This document shows positions 1-13,794 of a DNA stretch of 64,000 bases, piece by piece. The stretch is from assembly GCF_009914755.1 (NCBI RefSeq), contig NC_060933.1, one strand, 5' to 3'. The translations under genes and the position numbers were made by a program. The notes below the pieces were generated by a model, which worked only from the letters and a program-made list of their open reading frames with translations, was not told the origin of the DNA and made no database searches. How positions within the stretch are numbered: position 1 is the stretch's first letter; every line of letters begins with the position of its first letter. This DNA is from the human T2T-CHM13v2.0 reference genome, Homo sapiens.

Positions 1-930
<930 letters not shown>

Positions 931-1300
931 ATGACTTCTGTAAAATTTCTTCAAAATAAAACTATATAAAGCTTCATTTTTTAAACCAAAAATAAAATGT
1001 AGAGGAAATTCTCTATAATCATTGATTATCTGAATATTTATTATTTGGGTCCTCATAGCAACAAGATTGAGAATAAAGTAAAAGCCATCACAACATGAAA
1101 ATATACACGAAATAACTAGTCATTCAAATCTTCCTTGCTATCTATCTCTGCCCATCAGACGACCAGAACAGCTCAAATCATACACATAACAATTGTTTGT
1201 TAGTTTTAGTCTAATCAGCAATTAAAGAAGCCAAAAACATTAACAATGATGACAAGGGAGGCATTTCAAAACAAAATAATGTGAATGTCAAATCATTTTA

Positions 1301-2988
1301 TTTATTTATTTTTATTTTTATTTTATTTTTATTTTTTTTATTGATCATTCTTGGGTGTTTCTCGCAGAGGGGGATTTGGCAGGGTCAGAGGACAAGAGTG
1401 GACGGAAGGTCAGCAGATAAACAAGTGAACAAAGGTCTCCGGTTTTCCTAGGCAGAGGACCCTGCGGCCTTCCGCAGTGTTTGTGTCCCTGGGTACTTGA
1501 GATTAGGGAGTGGTGATGACTCTTAAGGAGCATGCTGCCTTCAAGCATCTGTTTAACAAAGCACATCTTGCACCGCCCTTAATCCATTTAACCCTGAGTG
1601 GACACAGCACATGTTTCAGAGAGCACAGGGTTGGGGGTAAGGTCACCGATCAACAGGATCCCAAGGCAGAAGAATTTTTCTTAGTACAGAACAAAATGAA
1701 AAGTCTCCCATGTCTACTTCTTTCTACACAGACACGGGAACCATCCGATTTCTCAATCTTTTCCCCACCTTTCCCGCCTTTCTATTCCACAAAACCGCCA
1801 CTGTCATCATAGCCGGTTCTCAATGAGCTGTTGGGCACACCTCCCAGACGGGGTGGTGGCCGGGCAGAGGGGCTCCTCACATCCCAGTAGGGGCGGCCGG
1901 GCAGAGGCGCCCCTCACCTCCCGGACGGGGCGGCTGGCCGGGTGGGGGGCTGACCCCCCCACCTCCCTCTCGGACGGGGCGGCTGGCCGGGCAGAGGGGC
2001 TCCTCACTTCCCAGTAGGGGCGGCCGGGCAGAGGCGCCCCTCACCTGCCGGACGGGGTGGCTGGCCGGGCGGGGGGCTGATCCCCCCACCTCCCTCCTGG
2101 ACGGGGCGGCTGGCCGGGTGGGGGGCTGACCCCCCCACCTCCCTCCCGGACGAGGTGGCTGCCGGGAGGAGACACTCCTCACTTCCCAGACGGGGTGGCT
2201 GCTGGGCGGAGGGGCTCCTCACTTCTCAGACGGGGCGGTTGCCAGGCAGAGGCTCTCCTCACTTCTCAGACGGGGCGGCCGGGCAGAGACGCTCCTCACA
2301 TCCCGGACGGGGCGGCAGGGCAGAGGTGCTCCCCACATCTCAGACGATGGGCGGCCGCGCAGAGACGCTCCTCACTTCCCAGATGTGATGGCGGCCGGGA
2401 AGAGGCGCTCCTCACTTCCTAGATAGGATGGCGGCCGGGCAGAGACGCTCCTCACTTTCCAGACTGGGCAGCCAGGCAGAGGGGCTCCTCACATCCCAGA
2501 CGCTGGGCGGCCAGGCGGAGACGCTCCTCACTTCCCATACGGGGTGGCGGCCGGGCAGAGGCTGCAATCTCGGCACTTTGGGAGGCCAAGGCAGGCAGCT
2601 GGGAGGTGGATGTTGTAGCGAGCCGAGATCACGCCACTGCACTCCAGCCTGGGCACCATTGAGCACTGAGTGAACGAGACTCCGTCTGCAATCCCGGCAC
2701 CTCGGGAGGCCGAGGCTGGCGGATCACTCGCGGTTAGGAGCTGGAGACCAGCCTGGCCAACACAGCGAAACCCCGTCTCCACCAAAAAAATACGAAAACC
2801 AGTCAGGCGTGGCGGTGCGCGCCTGCAATCGCAGGCACTTGGCAAGCTGAGGCAGGAGAATCAGGCAGGGAGGTTGCAGTGAGCCCAGATGGCAGCAGTA
2901 CTGTCCAGCTTCGGCTTGGCATCAGAGGGAGACTGTGGAAAGAGAGGGAGAGGGAGACCGTGGGGAGAGGGAGAGGGAGAGGGAGAGC
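1301..2988 (-). mobile_element. SVA retrotransposon, full length (SVA_D-like)
   Basis: All domains in order on the minus strand: (CCCTCT)n at about 2939-2987, Alu-like region, GC-rich VNTR (about 1843-2560), SINE-R, AATAAA and A-rich tail; 14-bp TSD GTCAAATCATTTTA at 1287-1300 and 2989-3002. Confidence 0.97.
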
Positions 2989-3240
2989 GTCAAATCATTT
3001 TAAACTAGATCCTTGGGAAAGCTAGAATAAAGCCCAGAAATAGTTTTGTACAAATGACTGTCCTTAAGATAATGCTGTGAAAATTAAATGTGAATGGAAA
3101 GATATTATATTGAGCTATCATATGATTTGGAGTGGGGAAGGACCCAAACCTTCACCCCCACCTACACTTGATTTCTTCTTCTAACAAATGGCACATGGTT
3201 GCTATTAAAATACAAATTTTTTTTAAAATGAGAAATTTAT

Positions 3241-3273
<33 letters not shown>

Positions 3274-3297
3274 GGTTTTTAAAAAAATTAAATCCCA

Positions 3298-3600
3298 GGC
3301 CGGGCATGGTGGCTCATGCCTGTAATCCCAGCACTTTGGGAGGCTGAGGCGGACAGATCACCTGAGGTCAGGAGTTCAACACAAGCCTGGCCAACATGGC
3401 GAGACCCCATCTCTATTAAAAAATACAAAAATTAGCTGGGCGTGGTGGCGGGCACCTGTAATCCCAGCTACTTGGGAGGCTGAGGCAGGAGAATTGCTTG
3501 AATTCAGGAGGTGGAAGTTGCAGTGAGCTGAGATCGCAGCACTTCACTCCAGCCTGGGCGACACAGCGAAGCTCCATTTCAGAAAATAAAAAATAAAAAG
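3298..3600 (+). mobile_element. AluS (Sx/Sq-like)
   Basis: Full dimer; TSD AATTAAATCCCA at 3286-3297 and 3601-3612. Confidence 0.95.
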
Positions 3601-4277
3601 AATTAAATCCCAACAAAAACATTTTCTCACTCTTAACTATATTTTGGTCTCAGTTTACAAAAACTCTTTTTCAACTGCTGTTACCTTGATATAACCTCTT
3701 GCATATCCGTAAGTGAATAGAGCAGGCCAAATTGTTTCCTCCTGCTTGGGTTAAAGTTTTAAAATTATATACATATAAAAATATAAAAAATTTTAAAAAG
3801 AAACAACAAAAAAATTATACATGTATAATTACAGATGTATGTGTGTTTGCATATATATAAGACATTCCTGGTAGGACACACAGTAAACTATTCATGGCAG
3901 TACCTCTGGTGAGAGAATCATTGAGAATTTCAGGATCAAGAAGGAGACATTTACATTTTACTATTAATTCTTTGTATAATTTTTGAATCTTTGAATGCGA
4001 GCACATATTAATTCTATAATTTTAAAAAATCTACCTAACAAAATTAATGAATAAATTAACAGAATCAAAAGGAAATAACTAACTCTATCAATAGGTGTTT
4101 TCAATCATTGTTGAAGATTATCTTATTGTTTAGTAACAAATTATACAGGGTGAACAATAAAGCAAATATTTCACCAAAAACAATCCTGTACCTTTAATGA
4201 AAACTCTCCCTCACTGTGAGGCCAGGGCCAATCATCCACACACAAGTGTCTTAAACCACAGTTAAATTTATAAGAGG

Positions 4278-4572
4278 GGCCGGGTGTGGTGTCTCACGCC
4301 TGTAATCCCAGCACTTTTGGAGGCTGAGGCAGGCAGATCACATGAGCTCAGGAGTTCGAGACCAGCCTGGCCAACACGGTGAAACCCCGTCTCTACTAAA
4401 AATACAAAAAATTAGCCTGGCATGGTGCTGCACACCTGTAGTTCCAGCTACTCAGGAGGCTGAGGTAGCAAAATCACTTGAACCTGGGAGATGGAGGTTG
4501 TAGTGAGCTGAGATCGCACTCCAGCCTGGGTGACAGAGCAAGACTCCTTCTCAAAAAAATAAATAAATAAAA
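4278..4572 (+). mobile_element. AluS
   Basis: Full dimer with A-rich tail; AATTTATAAG on both flanks. Confidence 0.93.
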
Positions 4573-4731
4573 ATTAATTTATAAGGGGATTCACACCACT
4601 ATGTTTCTTTCCCCTAGTCTCTCATTTCCAGCATCTCATAAATTAGGCATCTAAACTTCCCAATGAAACTGATGGTTGCAATTAAAATCTCAATTTTGTT
4701 TAAAATATGAAATTTCCGTCAAAACGTTTCT

Positions 4732-4875
4732 TAGCTGAGCACAGTTGCTCAGGCTTGTAAAATCCTAGCACTTTGGGAGGCCAAGGTGGAAGGATTGCTT
4801 TAGGCCGGGAGTACAAGACCAGCCTGCACAATATAGTGAGACCTGATCTCTAACAAATAAACTAAATAAATAAAA
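4732..4875 (+). mobile_element. Alu left monomer (FLAM-like)
   Basis: CCTAGCACTTTGGGAGGCCAAGG...AGACCAGCCTG followed directly by an A-rich tail. Confidence 0.8.
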
Positions 4876-5254
4876 TGCTAAGAAAAAGAAAATGTTTCTC
4901 TTCCAGAGTGAATTAGGTACATTTTAGAATTTCCTCAACTATTTCTAGATGTGTAAACAAGTCTATGTAGAGGTCAAGGTCAAGAAAACATACTACTTAA
5001 ACTTTGGAGGACCCTTTGTCTTTCTTAGAAATCTTGTCTTTCTTGCACTTTCCTTTGTCTTTCTCTTTCCCTTTCTATCCTCACTCCTGAACCTATGCAT
5101 AGCCTGAGAGAGGTGCATGGTTTGGCATCCCTGGTCTTGCTATCCATCTCAGCCCCCAGGTCCCTGAGTTAGTCTCGAACGTGAGCAGCCCTTGTTATCT
5201 ACTCCAGGTTGTAAGCTTACAGGGCTGCAGTTGTTCCCTATGGTCTACTTAGCT

Positions 5255-6015
5255 AATTGGTAGTAATAAATAACATTTATTGAATGCTTGCTATGTACTA
5301 GGCATGGTGCTGAGGGCTTTTCTCAAGATGGATTCTCAAAATCATTCTCATTTTGCAGATGAGGAAACTGCAAAAATAACGTGATTCTGATCCGGAAGAC
5401 ACAACTGCACAAACTCTAAAAGCATCCCTCATCTAACCTGTCCATCAGCAAATCCTGTCTAAAATCCAACCATTTCTTGGTACCTTCCCTGCTGCCACCG
5501 TAGACACTGCCAGCACCATCTCTTGCCTGGGTTATTACAAGGGAAGGGCCTCCAGCTGGTCTTCTTTCTTGTTCCCTTACCCCATTCTTAAAAATCTTTA
5601 AAATGTGAGCTAGAGCATATCACTCCTCTGTTTCCCATCTTACCTGAAAGACAAACAAAGTGCGTAATGGCTCGAAGGCCCTACACCATCTGACTCTACC
5701 CCTCTGAAATCAACTACTACTATTGGTCCCTTGGTTGACTCCACTTTACCCACACTACTTTTACAACTCCTGATTTCTGAATTTTAGAAAACAAACTAAT
5801 TCCATTTCAGTGATGCTCAAATGACTTTAGTTTTTAAATAGATAGGGATTAAATGTTGCACTATGAATTTGTTTACTGTCTACCCCCAGTAGGATGTCAA
5901 CTCTAAAAGGTCAGAAACTATTTGTTTTGTTCACTAGTATTTCCAGTGTCTAGAACAGTGCCTGGTACATAGTCTGTGTTCAAAAATATTTGTTCTATCT
6001 ATGAGTGAATGAGTG
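5255..6015. mobile_element. MIR fragment followed by L2 fragments
   Basis: MIR core CATTTTGCAGATGAGGAAACTG (about 5350); L2 3' end TAGAACAGTGCCTGGTACATAG...GAATGA (about 5950-6012). Confidence 0.6.
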
Positions 6016-6076
6016 GGGAAAAAAGCCCACATACTTTGGAATTAGATATAACTGGGTTCAAATTTCAGCTTCATCA

Positions 6077-6502
<426 letters not shown>

Positions 6503-7734
6503 TTAATGATATCACAGATATTGTGTGCCTGGTATAGGTTTTGATAAATTTTAACTATTTCTAGCCCCTTCTCTCCTCTTCCAGTTTCTCTGCAAGGGAG
6601 GTAGGGAGAAATGAATATTAAAAGTCAAATTGGTATTCGCTGAAGTCATTTAATAAATGTTTCTTGAGCATCTACTTTGTTACAGACTAGAGATACAAAG
6701 ATGAATGAGTTAGTATTCACATCCTCAAGGAACTCATTTTAGTATAATGATTATTAAACCAAGAATAATAAGATATGCATAAATAAAAATTTCTCCTCAT
6801 AGAGCATGAAAATATCAATCCTGCACTTACCACTATTCTCCCTTGTACCTGAAAAAATTATTACTTTAATATTCTTAGTTTTTATATTTTTTAATTATAC
6901 TTTAAATATATAGCTAAACATTTAGACAAACACAACAATCTATATCCATTCAGGTTTAATTAGTGTCATTGAATTTTTCAGGTTTCTTTATTCTTCCTAG
7001 TGATATCATATTAAATTTGCAGTTTTAAAACAAATACTATAAAAACAGTATGAAAGAAGTTTATTTTTAGGACTGTTGAATGATTTTTTTAATGAACAAA
7101 TGAGAAAGAGTGTTTTCATATAGCATGCGTTAAGGAAAAAATTATCCATTTGAAAAAACTTTTATTTTTAATTTACCACTCAATGTTCATTAAACAGAGA
7201 ATTGTTGTGGATCTGTGCACAGTTCAGAAAAGTGAATATCAATGAAATATAGCACACACAACAGTTGAATGGTCCCTAAATTGTTATTACTATCATTTCA
7301 ATTATTTATGCAGTAAACTGTATAATATAACAATAACATTAAAAGATGAATACAGACCTTAGCTCCCTGATGTGCTACTTCTTCCTCCAAATCATATTTA
7401 CAATTAACCAGAAGTTGGAATTCCAAGTCTTATTGAGAAATAGTTCACTTGCTTTTGAATTGTACCAGCTTCTTCTCCGAGTCTCCCTACTGAACTCCAT
7501 GTCTGATGAAACATTTATTTGAACAAACAAAATACATATGTACAAATAAATACAAGTGTCAGGAGCTGACATACGAATGCAAACACATGTCTTTCCCCAG
7601 GCCCACTATGACACCGTGACAGGCTAAAGAGCCTTTTGAATGGAAACTACATAAAGCATCAAGCCCCTGAAAAGAATGACCAGACAAAAGTGCCACAATC
7701 AATTGAATGTCTTTAGGAGATACACTTTTCTTTT

Positions 7735-7925
7735 AAAAAGCGTGACGCTTTGATGACTCAGTGGCAGGACAGGTGACAAAGGAATGGCTGCCTGGAGGCT
7801 GTGCATGGCAGGAGGAGACACCACAGTCTTCCCGCCCTGCCACCCGTCCCTGCCGCCTGACTGTGGAAGGATGAAGGACACTTTTAGAAATTTCCCTGCG
7901 CGGAGATGCCAGGAAACCAATCATC
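7735..7925. promoter_or_regulatory. Candidate enhancer/promoter motif cluster
   Basis: Unique, locally GC/CpG-richer DNA with CRE half-site TGACG in a 15-bp palindrome (7737-7751), AP-1 TGACTCA (7754-7760), GC box CCCGCCC (7831-7837), kB-like GAAATTTCCC (7887-7896) and CCAAT (7917-7921). Confidence 0.45.
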
Positions 7926-8277
7926 GCCCAGCCACTTTGTGGGGCCATTAGCAGAGCATCAAACTCCATCTTTGTTTAAACGAAAGCACAAAGAAAATAA
8001 TTTTTCATCTGAGGAATCACCTTAAGATCCCCAAATGGAAAGTAAGGGGAGCAGTAAACCTCTCACTCCGGGTGGGCAGCTCTAACACAGGGCATTAAGG
8101 TAAGAAGGTTATTTATGACAGAAGAAAGGAGACAGGATTCCAAAGTGGGAGACGAAGGACAGAGGTGATTGGAGCCTAGCTTTATCCCCTGCCCCATTCA
8201 AATGCGGAGGGCAATGACTTCCATAAGAAACCAGGTGCCACACGTGACCCAAAGGCAAAAGCCTCACTTTAACTCCT

Positions 8278-8639
8278 TGATATGGTCTGGCTGTGTTCCC
8301 ACCCAAAATCTCATCTGGAATTGTAGTCCCCATAATCCCTGTGTGTGTCAAGGGCAGAACCAGGTGGAGGTAATCGGATCATGGGGGCGTTTCCCCCATG
8401 CTGTTCTCGTGATAGTGAGTGAGTCTCACGAGATCTGATGGTTTAATAAGCGTCTGGCATTTCCCCTGCTGGCACTCATTCTTTCTCCTGCTGTCCTGCG
8501 AAGAGGTGCCTTCTGCCATGATTGTTAGTTCCTGAGGCCTCCCCAGCCATGCGAACTGTGAGTCAATTAAACTTGTTTTCTTTATAAATCACCCCGTCTC
8601 AGGTATTTCTTCATAGCAGCATGAGAATGGACTAATAGG
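8278..8639 (+). mobile_element. THE1 (THE1D-like) MaLR solo LTR
   Basis: Starts TGATATGG..GGCTGTG; contains CCCCCATGCTGTTCTCGTGATAGTGAGTGAG; ends GGACTAATA; 5-bp TSD CTCCT at 8273-8277 and 8640-8644. Confidence 0.93.
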
Positions 8640-9966
8640 CTCCTCTTCCAGGTAAGTTAGGCAGAGTACGTTTCCTCCACAAAACAAAAGATGGTTGCCT
8701 CAGAATGCCTCCTAACTTTGCCTGCAAGAAGCCTGCAGTAAGACCTTTTCTTAGGGCCAGTCTGAAGGCCACACCCTCCCCTTATCCCCTAATTTTGGAT
8801 GCAAAAGGTCTCCCTGAGACTTCAGGTGAAGAGGATTTGACTTTGGAATCTGGGATTCACTTTTCAGACTGACCTTCTGCTATATTTTGTTTTGCTTCTC
8901 TGGGATTTCAAGCTTGAGAATAGAGTAAGGAAAAAAGTTCTGTGTTCTCCTTTGGGAAATTATTTTCCCTGGTCCCCTTGGTCAGAGGGTAGCAGGTAAG
9001 TCTTGATGGGATTGTTCTGTGTTTCCAGGCTTCCCTCTGGAATTAATCTCAGAGGCATGGAAGGGAGCCTGATGGACTCTTCTGGGCTGTGTCCCAGTCA
9101 GGAAGCGAGATCTTTCTAATTCCCAGACAGGCCAGCGCTTTCTGCTGAACAGAGGCCTGCTAGACCCTGAGTAGGGGAAGCCCAGGCTGCTTCTGAGGCA
9201 AATGATGACCTTAATCATTTTCAGAGGTATGGTTTTCACCTGGGAAGGGACGTGAGACGGCAACAAGGCATTCAGTGAATATTTATGAGTGAGCGGAAAA
9301 AACTCTTTCCTCCTGTACGTGGCAGAAAGGGTAGCTGGAAGCTGTGGCAATGTAGGAGACCAGGAATTCCTAGCCTGGGAGGAAGGAAGGGCAGGGATGC
9401 AAAGGGACAGAGGGAGAAGAGGAAGCAAATTCCAGCCAGGCTGGCTCTCCTAGGAGGAGTGGCAGTGATGAAACCCTCTTCTTTAGACTCTGTCTTAGAG
9501 AAGGATGGGGCCCGAAGAGGTTTCCTCTTTCAGCAAGTGTTGGGGTGTGTGTGTGTGTGCGGGGATTTAATCAGGGGATCTACGAGCACATTCACAGACC
9601 CTTAGCTACTAGTGCTGCCCAATTCCAAGCACGTTTAGCTTTAAGTACCTCTTGTCTGGTAATCCAGGGCCAGATATCTGGAGGTGGGAACTGGCTGCCA
9701 TAGCCTGTTGCTCCCCACAAGGATGAGGACAAGGGCTCCACTGGGCACCTTTCCTAGGCATGGCCAGGGTTGTTATAAAGCATAGGGTGGGAGGGTGGTT
9801 GTGGCTTTCTGTGGTATAGCTACTGATCAATGTAGCATTTGATTGATCCATTTTCTCCAGAGGAGAAGGGAGTGTGGTGGGAAAATCCTGAGGCTGAGGA
9901 GGTGGATACTTACAGGTCCTGGTCCAACTGACTGGGATCTTAGGATCACTCCCTTCTCCAACCTGA

Positions 9967-10288
<322 letters not shown>

Positions 10289-11691
10289 AACATTTTTTTT
10301 TTTTTTTTTTTAATTACAGAATCATCTGACAAAGGAACTCTTTTAAGGAGCCTTAACATATCAAAAGATCAAGGCAGAGCCGCCCTCATTGAAGGGTTTG
10401 GAGGACCTGGAGCTTACCCTCTTCTCTCCTTCCCTGACTGGGAGGAAGGATGGGGTGGGGGCAGGGGTGGGGAGTCCTCGGAGCAGTGTGCAATCTTTAA
10501 ATCTCATGATTAAAAATATCTTCCTTCTGGAGTGCTGGTATTGATGACTGGCAAATTTGGGAGTGGAAGGAGAATGAAGGAAAAAGGGAGGGAGAAAACC
10601 ACCCTTATACATTTAGGACTCACAGGGCAGGAGTCCCAGACTGGGAGAAAGTCTGGACGTTTCAGCAGAGTTCAGTATGCTGTGTCACTGTTTGTCTTGG
10701 CCTTTTTCGGCTGTGAGCAGCAGCAGCGTAAATGAATGTGCTTCATTTCCTCAGCAACAAGACTGGGTCACACATGTCCCCTCCCCTGGTGAGCAACCCA
10801 AGGAGTGAGTGGGGTGTCATGGTGTTGCCAGGGACAGGCTGACAGTAGTACCAAATTAGGAAAAGGACCGACTGAGGATGCCTGGCCAATCTGCATCCCC
10901 AACGCTCAGCCAGCAAAATCAGTGGAAGTGTGTGTAATTCTGCGGAGACTAGGATGGCATGTGCTCCGCCAGCAATGCAGGAAAAAGGATAATCAAGCGG
11001 GACATGGTTCTTGAATAAGTGTAAAGCTAAACATCATCAAAATGCTGCAACACAATACGAGGGGCTGGAAGTGGTTAGTATTGTGATTACAGAGAGGGCA
11101 TCAGTATAGGATGTCATTTCTCACAAAGATCCAGGAAAATGTCTAGCATTCATTTTTATAAACAAAGCATAGCACACTGGAGTTATTTCTTATTTCAAAC
11201 GTATAGTCATACTACCTTTATTTAGAACATGGGCGAGGGGATTGGAATGGTATATAAATCCAGGACAAGACTTGGTATGTAAGTTCCTCCTCAAAAAAGC
11301 AAAACGCAAGGCCTATTCTAAACAAATCCAGGGCAATTCAGCTCTGAAGCATTGTTAATCTTTTCATTAAAGGTACAGTCACTATGTTCCAAATCCTTCT
11401 TCCAAAGATCAGATCCAGATTTTCCAACTAATGAAACAATGAAGTCATTTCTACAAAAACCAGAAGAGAGACATTAGAAAAATATTGCAGACTAGATCAT
11501 TACGGTTGCAGAGACCAATAGATTTGAGTGGGACACATACACACTCACACAGGGGCATGTAAACTGTAGTCCCTATGAGGCAAATCTTAGAAGCTAAAGT
11601 GATATGTTAGACTGTGAATAAAAGACAACATGAATCAAATATCTCATCTGCAGCCACCCTCTCCTCCTGCTGCTGCTCCACAGTAGAGCTT

Positions 11692-11740
11692 TGTGAGTGT
11701 GAGTGTGTGTGTGTGTGGGTGCGTGTGCATGTGTGTGTGT
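11692..11740. repeat. Imperfect (GT)n microsatellite
   Basis: TGTGAGTGTGAGTGTGTGTGTG...GTGTGTGT. Confidence 0.8.
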
Positions 11741-13046
11741 TTCCTTTCAGTTCCTGGCATCAGTTTAAGAACCACAGTTGTGGCTTGTGACTGTGCCTCA
11801 GCATGCCAATCCAGGGTGTTGCTGTTTAGAGTAGTTAGCCTATTGGGAACAAAAGGTATTTGATCTTCTCTCTTCTCCTTAAGCTCAAGCTACCTAAATG
11901 TGGCTTGGCTTTGTGGTGAGACACATGCTGAACTGCTGGAAAGGGCAGAGCTTAAAATATATGGGTGCCAGTTCATTGTTGGCGACCACACTTTCCCTTG
12001 TGGTAAAAATCTTACAGACAAGCATGAGCCTACATTTCCAAATGCATGTTCCCTTTGAATTAGTTCCCTAAAGTGGAAGGTCGGGGGAAGAATATACTGG
12101 GGAGGCCTGTGTCATAAAAACTCAGGGCCTGCCCTCTTTCTGCATTTCTGCCGTGGAGTGTGCTAGCCTGTGAGTAGTGGGGGAAAGGAATAAAACATTT
12201 CTACTCACGGAAACATGCGGGGTGGTAGGGAGGGAGAAGGAAAGCATGTTGCCAATGTATATTTTTGGCACGGGCAAATACTTCTTGGTGAAGTTCTAAA
12301 CGCTAGATTTAGAAATCCCCTGGCCTTTTTGACTTGTGTCGGGGCCTTTTTCACACACACTGATGAAAACTACACTCACCTTAATGCCAAAAAACCCTTG
12401 AGAATTTCCTGTGCCATTGGGCACATTCTGTGAGTAGAAGGAATGTGGAATTAGAGGGGGAAATTGACTTCACTGATGACCTCCAGAAGAACTGAATGGT
12501 ACAGGAAAAAAGTGTTTCACTGATTTAGTGCCTATCTCAAGAGAAAAAGGAGACTTTACAGCTATTCATCACCAATCATTATGCAAGTGTATAATATGTA
12601 TCATATGTAAGTGTATCATGGTTTCCTGGAAGTACACTGGCTTCAGGTTATGTAAGTATCAAAAGGTGAGTGGTTGGTTGTAGTTTCAATGGCAAACCAG
12701 TGGCAAGAAGTGTTATTTTTCTTACTGGCCTTGCCTGTAGCTGTGAAGATTCGGATATGGGATCAAGTGGAGTAAATTGGTGGACCAGTTTGCCTTTAGA
12801 GGCTCTTAGCCAGTAGTGGCACTAAGCCCCCACAAACATCCATCAACAAGCATTCAATCCAAGGAGAAACACTCTGCTTCCTCTGCAATGCAGCTTCAAA
12901 ATAACTCCCCTAAACCCCTTTCTCTCCAACCAGCTTTTGGTACCTTTCTATATAGACATTCTGCCACCAAAACTGATCTTGCACTTGGCAAAAATGATGC
13001 CTCCTCATCAAACTGCAGTGGGAAAGAGATGGGTTTCTGTTGTTAT

Positions 13047-13494
13047 TGTACAAATCAGCGTCCTGACAGAAAACAGATGGCAGACTCCATGTAGGTAACA
13101 TGAAGGGACTGTTTACAAAGGTGTTTGCAGGTTGGAAGGAAACCATGAGAGGTAGTGCCGCATCCCAAGGCTACTAACAAAGGTGAGCTCCTCTAACCTG
13201 GAAAGGTGAGGAGGACCAGGTATTGGAACTGAAGGGACATAACTGTGAAGAGGCTCACCTGACTTGAGATGCAAACTTCAGTGAGCCTGGAAGTGAGTCC
13301 AAGAAGGAAGTGGTGAGAATGAACACACTGACCTCACTCTCCTTCCTCCTCATATCCTGCTGGTGCTCGTCAGCGGCCAAACCTAATGGGAAACCTAGAT
13401 CAGTGATACAGTCATATAGATCAGCCTCCCAAGGCATAGGCAGCATGAGGAGGATGGAAAGTGGATCTGGGGGGCAAATAAGTGCTGTCCAGCA
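13047..13494 (-). mobile_element. ERVL-class LTR (LTR33-like)
   Basis: Reverse complement begins TGCTGGA...ATTTGCCCCCCAGATCCACTTTCCA...GGGAGGCTGA, matching the recalled LTR33 5' end. Confidence 0.7.
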
Positions 13495-13794
13495 TTGATA
13501 AGCCTGGCTTCAAATCTTGTTTCTTTCCGATTAGCTGATGACTTTTGGCAAGTGATTTAATTACTCTCAGCCTTTCCTCTGAGGAGACAGTCACTTAGAT
13601 ACCATTTCTGTTCCACAGCCTCCGTCTCCTTTCCAACTCCAATAAAAGGGGATTGTTAATGTTATGATTTCTCAAAAGCAGGAAGACTTTAAATGACATT
13701 CACATTTATCCTACTTACCCAAATGTTTTAACTCAATAATGTACAGTTTAATGCTTAATAATTTCATGTTTGTTATTTATTGTGACTACAAAAT

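Noticed and set aside
1843-2560. Repeat-spacer-like periodicity resembling a CRISPR array or a promoter CpG island
   Set aside because: It is the SVA VNTR: tandem GC-rich units without unique spacers, in a eukaryotic context
1345-2882. Many overlapping 65-105 aa ORFs rich in G/P/R
   Set aside because: All lie within the SVA SINE-R, VNTR and Alu-like domains; SVA is non-coding
8982-9605. Longest ORF in the track (148 aa, minus) and an overlapping 106 aa plus-strand ORF
   Set aside because: No recognisable domain; the 148 aa ORF has no ATG start; no convincing splice context; lengths compatible with chance in GC-richer DNA
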